Below the pieces are notes generated by a model. It saw nothing but the letters and a program-made list of their open reading frames with translations, did not search any database and was not told where the DNA came from. This document shows, piece after piece, positions 7,752 to 15,707 of a DNA stretch of 32,000 nucleotides. The stretch is from Micrococcus luteus NCTC 2665 (GTDB taxonomy: Bacteria; Actinomycetota; Actinomycetes; Actinomycetales; Micrococcaceae). The stretch's first letter is position 1. Each line of letters begins with the position of its first letter. The stretch spans positions 1,830,001 to 1,862,000 of the forward strand of contig NC_012803.1 in NCBI RefSeq assembly GCF_000023205.1, given 5' to 3'. Both the position numbers and the translations under genes were made by a program.

Positions 7752-8552
7752 ATGCCCGACGTGACCCCGCCCCCGCCCTCCCGTTCCTGGACGCGCCGCA
7801 GCGTGCTGGGCGGCACGGGCCTGGCGATCGCCGCCGGCGTGGCCGGCTGCGGGCGTGATGAGCAGGCCGAGCAGAGCTCGGAGGGCGACGAGCAGACCAC
7901 CCGCCTGCCCGCCCCGGACATCATCACCACCGCGCAGTGGGGCGCCATGCAGCCCAACTACTACCTGCAGACCCTGAACGAGCGCCCCTCGTACCTGGTG
8001 ATCCACCACACCACCACGCCGAACGTCACGGACGGCTCCCGGGAGGCGGCGGAGAGCATCGCGCAGGTGGTCCAGAACGCGCACATGAGCCCCGCGAACG
8101 ACTGGGGCGACACCGGGCAGCACTTCACCGTCTCCCGCGGCGGCTTCGCGATGGAGGGCCGCCACGGCTCCCGGCACGCGCTCGAGGGCGGACAGACGTT
8201 CATGCTCGGCGTCCACGCGCTCGGTTTCAACGCGTATGCGCTCGGCATCGAGTGCGAGGGGCTGTACATGCTGAACCCGCCGCCGCAGAGCCTCTACGCC
8301 GGCCTGGTGCCGCTCGTCGCCTACATCTGCCAGCAGTACGAGCTGCCGCCGTCCCGCATCATCGGCCACCGCGACGTCACCGCCACCAGCTGCTGCGGCG
8401 ACGCGTTCTACGCCAAGCTGCCGATCCTGCGCGAGGACGTCCGCCTCTCCCTGGCCTCGGGCGAGTACCACGTCTCGGAGGGCTTCGGGGCGGACAACCT
8501 CTTCGACGACGCACACGTCACCCCGGAGTACGTGGAGGAGGAGCGCGGCTGA
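7752..8552 (+). CDS. N-acetylmuramoyl-L-alanine amidase (Amidase_2/PGRP fold) with a Tat signal and lipobox, 266 aa
   Basis: Track ORF. Twin-arginine motif SWTRRSVLGG, h-region LAIAAGVAGC (lipobox VAGC). Zn ligands in LVIHHT, IIGHRDV and TSCCGD. SD GAAGGA lies upstream. Confidence 0.85.
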   Translation: MPDVTPPPPSRSWTRRSVLGGTGLAIAAGVAGCGRDEQAEQSSEGDEQTTRLPAPDIITTAQWGAMQPNYYLQTLNERPSYLVIHHTTTPNVTDGSREAAESIAQVVQNAHMSPANDWGDTGQHFTVSRGGFAMEGRHGSRHALEGGQTFMLGVHALGFNAYALGIECEGLYMLNPPPQSLYAGLVPLVAYICQQYELPPSRIIGHRDVTATSCCGDAFYAKLPILREDVRLSLASGEYHVSEGFGADNLFDDAHVTPEYVEEERG

Positions 8553-8563
8553 ACCCGCCCCCG

Positions 8564-8609
8564 CACACGACGGCGCCCCTCACCGGAAGATGAGGGGCGC
8601 CGTCGTGTG
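8564..8609. terminator. Bidirectional hairpin between the convergent amidase gene and ppk2
   Basis: CACACGACGGCGCCCCTCA-CCGGAAGA-TGAGGGGCGCCGTCGTGTG: perfect 19-bp stem. Confidence 0.75.
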
Positions 8610-8617
8610 CCGCCCGG

Positions 8618-9607
8618 TCAGCGCACGCGCGGGAACGAGCCGCCGGAGACCTCGCCGTACTCGGCCAGCGCGTTGGCCGGGCCGCAGATCTGCGGGTCGG
8701 GGCGGTGGACGATGCGCTCGTCCTTGTCCGGGTAGGGCAGCGTGTGCAGCACATGGCGGATGGCCTCGAGGCGGGCGCGCTTCTTGTCGTTCGACTTCAC
8801 GACGGTCCACGGGGCGTCGGCCGTGTGCGTGTAGAAGAACATGGCCTCCTTCGCGTTCGTGTAGTCGTCCCACTTGTCCAGGGAGGCCAGGTCGGTGGGC
8901 GAGAGCTTCCAGCGACGCACGGGGTCGGTCTCCCGCGCGGCGAAGCGGTTGAGCTGCTCACGCTGGGACACGGAGAACCAGAACTTGATGATGTGCACAC
9001 CGGAGTTGACGAGCATGCGCTCCAGCTCAGGGGTCTCGCGCATGAACTCGAGGTACTGCTGCGCCGTGCAGTAGCCCATGACGCGCTCGACGCCGGCCCG
9101 GTTGTACCAGGAGCGGTCGAACATCACGATCTCGCCGCCGGAGGGCAGGTGTTGGATGTAGCGCTGGAAGTACCACTGCGAGGCCTCCTCCTCCGTGGGC
9201 TTCTCCAGGGCCACGGTCCGGGCGCCGCGGGGGTTGAGGTGCTCGTTGAAGCGCTTGATGGCGCCGCCCTTGCCGGCGGCGTCGCGGCCCTCGAAGATGA
9301 TCAGGACCTTCTGGCCGGTCTCCTTGACCCAGAGCTGCATCTTCAGCAGCTCGATCTGCAGCTCACGCTTGCGTCGCTCGTAGCTCTTGCGGCTGAGCTT
9401 GGTCTTGTACGGGTAGCCCTCACGCCAGGCCTGCGGGTCCGGGGTGGGGGTCTTCTTCTCCCCGCCGAGCTTGCGGCCGAGCTCCCGGATCTCGTCCACC
9501 TCGGCGGCGTAGTCACGGGTTACGGCGAAGGGGGCCTGCGCGGCGTGCTCCGTGCCGTGCTCGCCACGGGTGCGGGGGTCGGGCGTAGGACTCGTGTTCT
9601 CGGCCAC
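8618..9607 (-). CDS. ppk2: Polyphosphate kinase 2 (PPK2 family), 329 aa from GTG 9607. The track ORF extends to ATG 9691.
   Basis: PPK2 core ...KVLIIFEGRDAAGKGGAIKRF (Walker A) ...FDRSWYNRAGVERVMG... (lid). GTG 9607 is preceded by AGGAG-N5, and the ATG at 9691 overlaps a -10-like TAATAT. Confidence 0.88.
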   Translation of the reverse strand: MAENTSPTPDPRTRGEHGTEHAAQAPFAVTRDYAAEVDEIRELGRKLGGEKKTPTPDPQAWREGYPYKTKLSRKSYERRKRELQIELLKMQLWVKETGQKVLIIFEGRDAAGKGGAIKRFNEHLNPRGARTVALEKPTEEEASQWYFQRYIQHLPSGGEIVMFDRSWYNRAGVERVMGYCTAQQYLEFMRETPELERMLVNSGVHIIKFWFSVSQREQLNRFAARETDPVRRWKLSPTDLASLDKWDDYTNAKEAMFFYTHTADAPWTVVKSNDKKRARLEAIRHVLHTLPYPDKDERIVHRPDPQICGPANALAEYGEVSGGSFPRVR

Positions 9608-9689
9608 GGCGGCTCCTGAGGGTGTCTTCGACCGGACCGCGCACCGGACGGGCGAGCGGCCCGTCATGGCGTCGTCGCCATGCGTCTTC

Positions 9690-9695
9690 ATATTA
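9690..9695 (-). promoter_or_regulatory. Candidate -10 box TAATAT for ppk2
   Basis: AT-rich island GAGGTAATATGAAGA immediately after the rpsI terminator hairpins. Confidence 0.3.
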
Positions 9696-9732
9696 CCTCT
9701 GGGTCAGGTGCCGCCGGCCCACGGAGACGGCG

Positions 9733-9799
9733 GACGCCCCGCCCTGCTCGTGAGGAGCAGGACGGGGCGTCGGCGGGGGGCACGGTGGGGACACCGTGC
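9733..9799 (-). terminator. Two tandem hairpins terminating rplM-rpsI
   Basis: 9799-9780: GCACGGTG-TCCC-CACCGTGC (8 bp perfect). 9771-9733: GACGCCCCGTCCTGCTC-CTCAC-GAGCAGGGCGGGGCGTC (17 bp, one U.G pair). Confidence 0.65.
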
Positions 9800-9808
9800 G
9801 GCGCAGGA

Positions 9809-10297
9809 TCAGCGCTTCGAGAACTGCGAGGCCTTGCGGGCCTTCTTGAGGCCGGCCTTCTTGCGCTCGATGACGCGCGCGTCGCGGGTCAGGAAGCCGG
9901 CCTTCTTGAGCGCCGGGCGGTTGTGCTCGCGGTCGATCTCGTTGAGGGCGCGGGAGATGCCCAGGCGCAGCGCACCGGCCTGGCCGGAGGGGCCGCCGCC
10001 GTGGATGCGGGCGATCACGTCGTAGGCGCCGGTCAGCTCCAGCAGCGTGAAGGGGTCGGAGACCTCCTGCTGGTGCAGCTTGTTCGGGAAGTAGTTCTCC
10101 AGGGCGCGGCCGTTGATGGTCCACTGGCCGGAGCCGGGGATGAGGCGCACGCGGGCCACGGCCTCCTTGCGGCGGCCGACGGCGGAGCCGGGCACGGTCA
10201 GGGCCGGGCGCTCGGAGGCGGCGGGGGCCTCGGCGGTGGCGGTGGACTCAGAGGTGTAGCTCGTCAGCTCCACGTCGTCGTTCTCGTTGATGCTCAT
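9809..10297 (-). CDS. rpsI: 30S ribosomal protein S9 (162 aa, ~35-aa acidic N-terminal extension)
   Basis: Track ORF. ...[15 protein letters not shown]...ING..., C-terminus ...[20 protein letters not shown]. Confidence 0.96.
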   Translation of the reverse strand: MSINENDDVELTSYTSESTATAEAPAASERPALTVPGSAVGRRKEAVARVRLIPGSGQWTINGRALENYFPNKLHQQEVSDPFTLLELTGAYDVIARIHGGGPSGQAGALRLGISRALNEIDREHNRPALKKAGFLTRDARVIERKKAGLKKARKASQFSKR

Positions 10298-10338
10298 GGT
10301 TCTCCTCAGGGAAGGTCTGCGTCAGTGGCCCGCCGGGG

Positions 10339-10782
10339 TCACTGGGCGACCTGGCCGATCTCGAAGGTCTGGGGCTGCTGGGCGGTGTGCGGGTGCTCGG
10401 CGCCCTTGTACACCTTCAGCTTGGAGAGCTGCTGGGCGGCCAGCGAGTTCTTCGGGAGCATGCCCTTGACGGCCTTCTCCACGGCGCGGACCGGGTTGGT
10501 CTCGAGCAGCTCGGCGTAGGACTGCGACTTCAGGCCGCCCGGGTAGCCCGAGTGGCGGTAGGCGCGCTTCTTCTCGAGCTTGGCGCCGGTGAGGGCGACC
10601 TTCTCGGCGTTCACGATGATGACGTAGTCGCCCATGTCCATGTGGGGGGCGAACGTCGGCTTGTGCTTGCCGCGCAGGAGGGTGGCGGTGTGGGAGGCCA
10701 GGCGGCCGAGGACGACGTCGGTGGCATCGATGATGTGCCACTGACGGTCGGCGTCGCCAGGCTTGGGAGAGTACGTACGCAC
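10339..10782 (-). CDS. rplM: 50S ribosomal protein L13, 147 aa
   Basis: Track ORF 10339..10995 trimmed to GTG 10782: [30 protein letters not shown]... (canonical L13 N-terminus). GAAGG lies upstream. Confidence 0.95.
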   Translation of the reverse strand: MRTYSPKPGDADRQWHIIDATDVVLGRLASHTATLLRGKHKPTFAPHMDMGDYVIIVNAEKVALTGAKLEKKRAYRHSGYPGGLKSQSYAELLETNPVRAVEKAVKGMLPKNSLAAQQLSKLKVYKGAEHPHTAQQPQTFEIGQVAQ

Positions 10783-11004
10783 GTTGTCTGCCTTCAGGGT
10801 CGGTGGTGGTCCACAGCACCTGCCCGCCGGGTCGTGATTCCGGCGCGCTCGCGCTGTCAGTTCTCCGTGCGCGCCGGTCCCCCAGGTGAGGGCTGGAAGG
10901 CGTCCGGGCCCGATGCCCCGGGGGTGCGGCGCGAGCTGAAGGCCATGCAACTGAGCCACTCGCGGCACGACGCATCCGGGTGCGGGCATGCGCAACGTCC
11001 CCCC

Positions 11005-11033
11005 ATCCTACCGAACGCGGGCCCCGGAGCCAA
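11005..11033 (-). promoter_or_regulatory. Candidate promoter of rplM-rpsI: TTGGCT-N17-TAGGAT
   Basis: Minus strand reads CTTTTGGCTCCGGGGCCCGCGTTCGGTAGGATGGGG. This implies a ~215-nt leader, which contains the perfect 9-bp stem CCGGCGCGC/GCGCGCCGG (10840-10877). Confidence 0.4.
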
Positions 11034-11059
11034 AAGCCGCCGCCGCGGGCCACCCCGGC

Positions 11060-11953
11060 TCACAGGGTCCGCTTCGCCCGGGTGCCCTCGGCGCGCCGGC
11101 GCAGCTCCTCCGCCTCGTCGGGATAGCCGACGGCGAGCAGCGTCAGCCCCCCGGGCGGGGCGAGGCGCACCTCGGAATCGCGGGCCGGCCTCGCCACCCG
11201 GTGCGCGAGCCAGCCGGGCTCGCGTACCCCCTCCCCCACCTGGAGCAGCGCCCCGACCATCGCCCGGACCATGTTGTGGCAGAACGCGTCGGCCCGGATC
11301 CGGACGCGCACGACGCCGTCCTCATCGCGTCGCACCTCCAGGTGCTGGACCTCGCGGATGGTCGTGGCGCCCGCGCGGGGCCGGCAGAAGGACAGGAAGT
11401 CGTGCAGCCCGAGGACGGCGTCGGCCTCCAGCGCCATGAGGCGATCGTCCAGGGCGGCGCCGTGCCAGTGGGTGAAGCCCCGCGTGCGCGGATCACGCGC
11501 GGCGGGTACGTCGTCGATCCGGTACTCGTACTCGCGCCACAGCGCGCTGAACCGCGCGTCGAAGCCCGCGGGGGCCCGCCGGGCCCCGTGCACGACGACG
11601 GCCCCGCCCCACCCGGAGAGCACCCCGCCGAGGCGTCGGGTGAGGGAGGTGGCCGGCTCCAGGCCGGGCCGGCCGCGGGTCAGGCCCGCCCACTCCGTCT
11701 CGGCCAGGTCGAGGTGGACGACCTGGCCGCGCGCGTGCACCCCCGCGTCGGTGCGTCCGGCGACCACCGTGCGCACGGGCCGGCGCAGGATCCGCTCGAG
11801 CCCGTCCTCCAGCGCACCCTGGACCGAGTCGAGACCGGGCTGGCGGGCCCAGCCGTGGAAGGCGCCGCCGTCGTACGCCAGGTCCAGGCGGACTCGCACG
11901 GACGCGGGTTCCCCGGGCGCCGGCGGGGCGTCCGGGCAGTGCTGCTCGCTCAT
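11060..11953 (-). CDS. truA: tRNA pseudouridine(38-40) synthase TruA, 297 aa
   Basis: Track ORF. ...LAYDGGAFHGWARQPG...VVAGRTDAGVHARGQVVH (catalytic Asp). SD GAGGAG. Confidence 0.93.
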   Translation of the reverse strand: MSEQHCPDAPPAPGEPASVRVRLDLAYDGGAFHGWARQPGLDSVQGALEDGLERILRRPVRTVVAGRTDAGVHARGQVVHLDLAETEWAGLTRGRPGLEPATSLTRRLGGVLSGWGGAVVVHGARRAPAGFDARFSALWREYEYRIDDVPAARDPRTRGFTHWHGAALDDRLMALEADAVLGLHDFLSFCRPRAGATTIREVQHLEVRRDEDGVVRVRIRADAFCHNMVRAMVGALLQVGEGVREPGWLAHRVARPARDSEVRLAPPGGLTLLAVGYPDEAEELRRRAEGTRAKRTL

Positions 11954-11985
11954 GCTGCTCCTCTAGGCGGGGCGGGGCCGGGGAC

Positions 11986-12025
11986 GGCGAAGGGCCGCCC
12001 ACCGACTGGTGGGCGGCCCTTCGCC
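11986..12025 (-). terminator. Hairpin between rplQ and truA (perfect 18-bp stem)
   Basis: GGCGAAGGGCCGCCCACC-GACT-GGTGGGCGGCCCTTCGCC, ~43 nt after the rplQ stop. Confidence 0.7.
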
Positions 12026-12067
12026 GGTGCGTCGTCACGGAGACGGACGCGGACTCACGCGATGGCG

Positions 12068-12796
12068 TCAGGCCATCTTCTGGGCGGCCTCGCCACCGGC
12101 GGGCTCGAAGCCCGCGGCCTTGGCCTCCTCGACGGTGGAGAACCAGACCTCGGCGGTGGTCTGGTCGTACCAGCGCGAGCCGGGGACGTGGTACTTCTTC
12201 GAGCTGGCGTTGCCCTTGATGGTGGCCTCCGCCGGAGCCGAGCCGTCCTCGTTGGTGGGCACGGCACCGTCGATCTCGGCGGCGGTCTCCTGCGACTCGG
12301 CCACGGTGACCTCCTCGGTGGCGGCCGGGTCGACGGCCTCCACCGGGGTGGACTCCGCCGGGGCGGCCGGCGCGGACGCGGCGGCCTGCTTGGCCTCACG
12401 CACCACGGCCTGCTTGCCGGAGATCGGGTCCATGATCAGCTCGATCACGGCCATGGGCGCGTTGTCGCCATGGCGGTTGCCGATCTTGGTGATGCGGGTG
12501 TAGCCGCCGTTGCGCTCGGCCATCGCGGGGCCGATCACGGTGAACAGCTCGTGCACGACCGCCTTGTTGGTGCGGTTCTTGGCGGCGATGAGACCCTGCA
12601 CCTTGCGGCGGGCCGGCAGATCGCCCTTCTTGGCGAAGGTGATCAGACGCTCGGCGTAGGGGCGCAGGCGCTTGGCGCGGGTGAGCGTCGTGGTGATCGA
12701 CTTGTGCTCGAACAGCTGGGCGGACATGTTCGCCAGCATGATGCGCTCGTGGGCCGGGCTGCCGCCCAGACGCGGACCCTTGGTGGGGGTAGGCAT
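12068..12796 (-). CDS. rplQ: 50S ribosomal protein L17 with a ~120-aa C-terminal extension (242 aa total)
   Basis: Track ORF. Residues 1-121 are the L17 core: [24 protein letters not shown]...[23 protein letters not shown]. Next comes an Ala/Pro/Glu-rich linker, then [41 protein letters not shown]. Confidence 0.95.
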   Translation of the reverse strand: MPTPTKGPRLGGSPAHERIMLANMSAQLFEHKSITTTLTRAKRLRPYAERLITFAKKGDLPARRKVQGLIAAKNRTNKAVVHELFTVIGPAMAERNGGYTRITKIGNRHGDNAPMAVIELIMDPISGKQAVVREAKQAAASAPAAPAESTPVEAVDPAATEEVTVAESQETAAEIDGAVPTNEDGSAPAEATIKGNASSKKYHVPGSRWYDQTTAEVWFSTVEEAKAAGFEPAGGEAAQKMA

Positions 12797-12871
12797 GGTG
12801 TTTCTCCTCCGGTGGGACCCTTCAGCCGGCTGCGGCGTCGGGTCGAAGATGTCAGGTGGTGCGGGATCGGC

Positions 12872-13876
12872 TCAGAAGTCCGAGAACGGGTCGTCGTCCA
12901 TCTGGCGCGCGTGCGCCTGCGGGTCGTAGCCGGCCGGCGAGTCCTTGAGGGACAGGCCCAGCTCCTGGAGCTTCTCCTTGACCTCGTCGATGGACTTCGC
13001 GCCGAAGTTGCGGATGTCCATCAGGTCGGCCTCGGACCGGCCCACGAGCTCGCCCACGGTGTGGATGCCCTCGCGCTTGAGGCAGTTGTACGAGCGCACG
13101 GTGAGCTCGAGCTCCTCGATCGGCTGGGCCAGGTCGGCGGAGCCCTCGACGACCTCGGGCTCGTCGCCCAGGTCGATGCCCTCGGCCTCGACGTTGAGCG
13201 AGCGGGCCAGGCCGAACAGCTCGACCAGGGTGGAGCCGGCAGAGGCCACCGCGTCACGCGGCAGCATGTTCTCCTTGGTCTCCACGTCCAGGATCAGACG
13301 GTCGAAGTCGGTGCGCTGCTCCACACGGGTGGCCTCGACCTTGAAGGTCACCTTCAGGACCGGCGAGTAGATGGAGTCGACCGGGATGCGGCCGATCTCC
13401 GCATCCGCGGACTTGTTCTGGGCGGCGGTCACGTAGCCGCGACCGCGCTCGATGGTCAGCTCCATGTCGAACTTGCCCTTCGCGTTCAGGGTAGCGATGT
13501 GCAGGTCCGGGTTGTGGATCTCGACGCCGGCCGGCGCGGTGATGTCCGCGGCGGTGACGACGCCGGCCCCCTGCTTGCGCAGGTAGGCCACCACGGGCTC
13601 GTCGTTCTCCGAGGAGACGGAGAGCTTCTTGATGTTGAGGATGATCTCGGTGACATCCTCCTTGACTCCGTTGACGGTGCTGAACTCGTGCAGCACGCCG
13701 TCCACGCGGATGCTGGTCACGGCAGCACCGGGGATCGACGAGAGCAGAGTGCGGCGCAGGGAGTTGCCGAGGGTGTAGCCGAAGCCGGGCTCCAGGGGCT
13801 CGATGACGAACCGGGAACGATGGTCGGAGACGACCTCTTCGGTCAGCGTGGGGCGCTGTGCAATGAGCACGGACAT
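12872..13876 (-). CDS. rpoA: DNA-directed RNA polymerase subunit alpha, 334 aa
   Basis: Track ORF 12872..13909 trimmed to ATG 13876 ([14 protein letters not shown]...), preceded by AAAGGAA. NTD and CTD are both present (...[23 protein letters not shown]...). Confidence 0.96.
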   Translation of the reverse strand: MSVLIAQRPTLTEEVVSDHRSRFVIEPLEPGFGYTLGNSLRRTLLSSIPGAAVTSIRVDGVLHEFSTVNGVKEDVTEIILNIKKLSVSSENDEPVVAYLRKQGAGVVTAADITAPAGVEIHNPDLHIATLNAKGKFDMELTIERGRGYVTAAQNKSADAEIGRIPVDSIYSPVLKVTFKVEATRVEQRTDFDRLILDVETKENMLPRDAVASAGSTLVELFGLARSLNVEAEGIDLGDEPEVVEGSADLAQPIEELELTVRSYNCLKREGIHTVGELVGRSEADLMDIRNFGAKSIDEVKEKLQELGLSLKDSPAGYDPQAHARQMDDDPFSDF

Positions 13877-13955
13877 TTCCTTTCGGCGAGCGTCCGCCAT
13901 ATGACGCACGCGGTGGGTGGAAACGAGGACGGGGTGGGGGCAGGTCCGCAGACCT

Positions 13956-13989
13956 GTCCGCGTCCGTCCCGGGCGGGGCGGACGCGGAC
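13956..13989 (-). other. Hairpin in the rpsK-rpoA spacer (11-bp perfect stem, 12-nt loop)
   Basis: GTCCGCGTCCG-CCCCGCCCGGGA-CGGACGCGGAC, starting 12 nt after the rpsK stop. Possible attenuator or processing site. Confidence 0.4.
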
Positions 13990-14001
13990 ACAGCGCTCAG
14001 G

Positions 14002-14406
14002 TCAGACGCGGCGGCGCTTCGCCGGGCGAGCGCCGTTGTGGGCCATGGGGGTGACGTCCTGGATGGACCCCACCTCGAGGCCGGCGGCCTGCAGGGAGCG
14101 GATGGCGGTCTCGCGGCCCGAGCCCGGACCCTTCACGAAGACGTCCACCTTCTTCATGCCGTGCTCCTGCGCACGCTTGGCGGCCTGCTCGGCGGCCATC
14201 TGCGCGGCGTACGGGGTCGACTTGCGAGACCCCTTGAAGCCGACCTCGCCGGACGAGGCCCAGGAGATGACGGCACCCGTGGTGTCCGTGATGGACACGA
14301 TGGTGTTGTTGAACGTGCTCTTGATGTGGGCCTGGCCCACGGTGATGTTCTTGTTGGCCTTGCGACGCGGCTTGCGGGCAGCCGATGCGCGAGTCTTGGG
14401 GGGCAT
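14002..14406 (-). CDS. rpsK: 30S ribosomal protein S11, 134 aa
   Basis: Track ORF. ...[40 protein letters not shown]... SD GGAGGAG. Confidence 0.97.
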   Translation of the reverse strand: MPPKTRASAARKPRRKANKNITVGQAHIKSTFNNTIVSITDTTGAVISWASSGEVGFKGSRKSTPYAAQMAAEQAAKRAQEHGMKKVDVFVKGPGSGRETAIRSLQAAGLEVGSIQDVTPMAHNGARPAKRRRV

Positions 14407-14489
14407 GGGATTCTCCTCCGGGAAAGCTGCTGGTGCTGATGCTGCGGGCGGGGCGTCCGGACGTGGACGCGGTCACCGCCGGTGCAGGA

Positions 14490-14858
14490 TCACTTCTTCT
14501 TGCCGGCGACCGTCTTCTTGGGGCCCTTGCGGGTACGGGCGTTGGTCTTCGTGCGCTGGCCGCGCACCGGCAGGCCGCGGCGATGGCGCAGGCCCTCGTA
14601 GGAGCCGATCTCCACCTTGCGACGGATGTCGGCGGCCACCTCGCGGCGGAGGTCGCCTTCCACCTTGTAGCTGCCCTCGATGTGGTCACGCAGCTGCACC
14701 AGCTGCTCGGCGGAGAGGTCCTTCACGCGGATGTTCGGGTCGATGCCCGTGGCGGCGAGGGTCTCCTCAGCGCGGGTCTTGCCCACACCGTAGATGTACG
14801 TGAGTGCGATGATCACGCGCTTCTCGCGCGGAATGTCAACGCCTGCAAGACGAGCCAT
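14490..14858 (-). CDS. rpsM: 30S ribosomal protein S13, 122 aa
   Basis: Track ORF 14490..14897 trimmed to ATG 14858: [26 protein letters not shown]... SD AGGAGG-N8. Confidence 0.97.
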   Translation of the reverse strand: MARLAGVDIPREKRVIIALTYIYGVGKTRAEETLAATGIDPNIRVKDLSAEQLVQLRDHIEGSYKVEGDLRREVAADIRRKVEIGSYEGLRHRRGLPVRGQRTKTNARTRKGPKKTVAGKKK

Positions 14859-15108
14859 GTGGCCGTCCTCCTGTTCTTCTGCAGCAGGGGTCTGCACCAG
14901 GGACGTCCCGTACGACGCGGCACTCGGCCACGCGGACCCGTCGTCGCGGCGCCGGGGAAGATCCGGCGTGCTCCGCGGCGGGAGTCCGCCGTCGTCGGTC
15001 TCCGGCCCCTGCGGCCGGAGGTGGGGGCCCTCCCCTCACGGGGTGGACCGCTGTCCCTGCTGTTCGGCCCGATGGCCGGTGGGTGGTGTGGTCAACGCAA
15101 CGGCGTCG

Positions 15109-15128
15109 CTCCCCGGGCTCCCGGGGAG
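15109..15128 (-). other. Short GC hairpin directly after rpmJ
   Basis: CTCCCCGGG-AG-CCCGGGGAG palindrome, 5 nt after the rpmJ stop. It begins a 274-nt rpmJ-rpsM spacer. Confidence 0.35.
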
Positions 15129-15132
15129 GCGA

Positions 15133-15246
15133 TCAGCCCTGGCGCTGCTTGTGGCGCGGGTTCGAGCAGATCACCAGCACGCGGCCCTTACGGCGCACGA
15201 CCTGGCACTTGTCACAAATCCGCTTCACGCTCGGCTGAACCTTCAC
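15133..15246 (-). CDS. rpmJ: 50S ribosomal protein L36, 37 aa
   Basis: Not in the track because it is too short. Hand translation from GTG 15246 gives [45 protein letters not shown]. Confidence 0.95.
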   Translation of the reverse strand: MKVQPSVKRICDKCQVVRRKGRVLVICSNPRHKQRQG

Positions 15247-15281
15247 GGCTCTTCCTCCTGCGCTCGCTTGGACGGGGGTTC

Positions 15282-15503
15282 TTACTTGTATCGGTACACG
15301 ATCCGACCCCGGTTGAGGTCGTACGGGCTAAGCTCCACCACGACGCGATCCTCGGGGAGGATGCGGATGTAGTGCTGACGCATCTTTCCGGAGATCGTGG
15401 CGAGCACGACGTGCTCGTTCTGCAGACGGACCCGGAACATCGCGTTCGGCAATGCCTCCGACACCGTGCCCTCGACCTCGATGACACCTTCCTTCTTAGC
15501 CAT
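15282..15503 (-). CDS. infA: Translation initiation factor IF-1, 73 aa
   Basis: Track ORF 15282..15584 trimmed to ATG 15503: [73 protein letters not shown]. Confidence 0.97.
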   Translation of the reverse strand: MAKKEGVIEVEGTVSEALPNAMFRVRLQNEHVVLATISGKMRQHYIRILPEDRVVVELSPYDLNRGRIVYRYK

Positions 15504-15612
15504 GTCCTCCACAATCGTCATGCCCCGGGCACGGCCGCGGAGGGCCGGATGACGGGGCGGGAACGGGTCTGCTCGCGGGCGCACACGAGTGCGCGCACAC
15601 GAACAACGTTCG

Positions 15613-15618
15613 ATGATA
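15613..15618 (-). promoter_or_regulatory. Candidate -10 box TATCAT for infA-rpmJ
   Basis: AT-richer island GAGAATGCGGTATCATCGAACGTTGTTCG in the 204-nt map-infA spacer. Confidence 0.35.
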
Positions 15619-15707
15619 CCGCATTCTCGGCGTGCGGACCAGCACAGACGACGACGGCCGCCCGGTCCGCCGGACGGGCGGGACGGACGGCCGACAGCTC
15701 GGGACCC

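Noticed and set aside
10988-14803. Giant 1271-aa plus-strand ORF
   Set aside because: It lies antisense to truA, rplQ, rpoA, rpsK and rpsM, which are textbook matches. The product is Arg/Gly/Ala/Pro low-complexity sequence. Long stop-free antisense frames are expected at ~70% GC.
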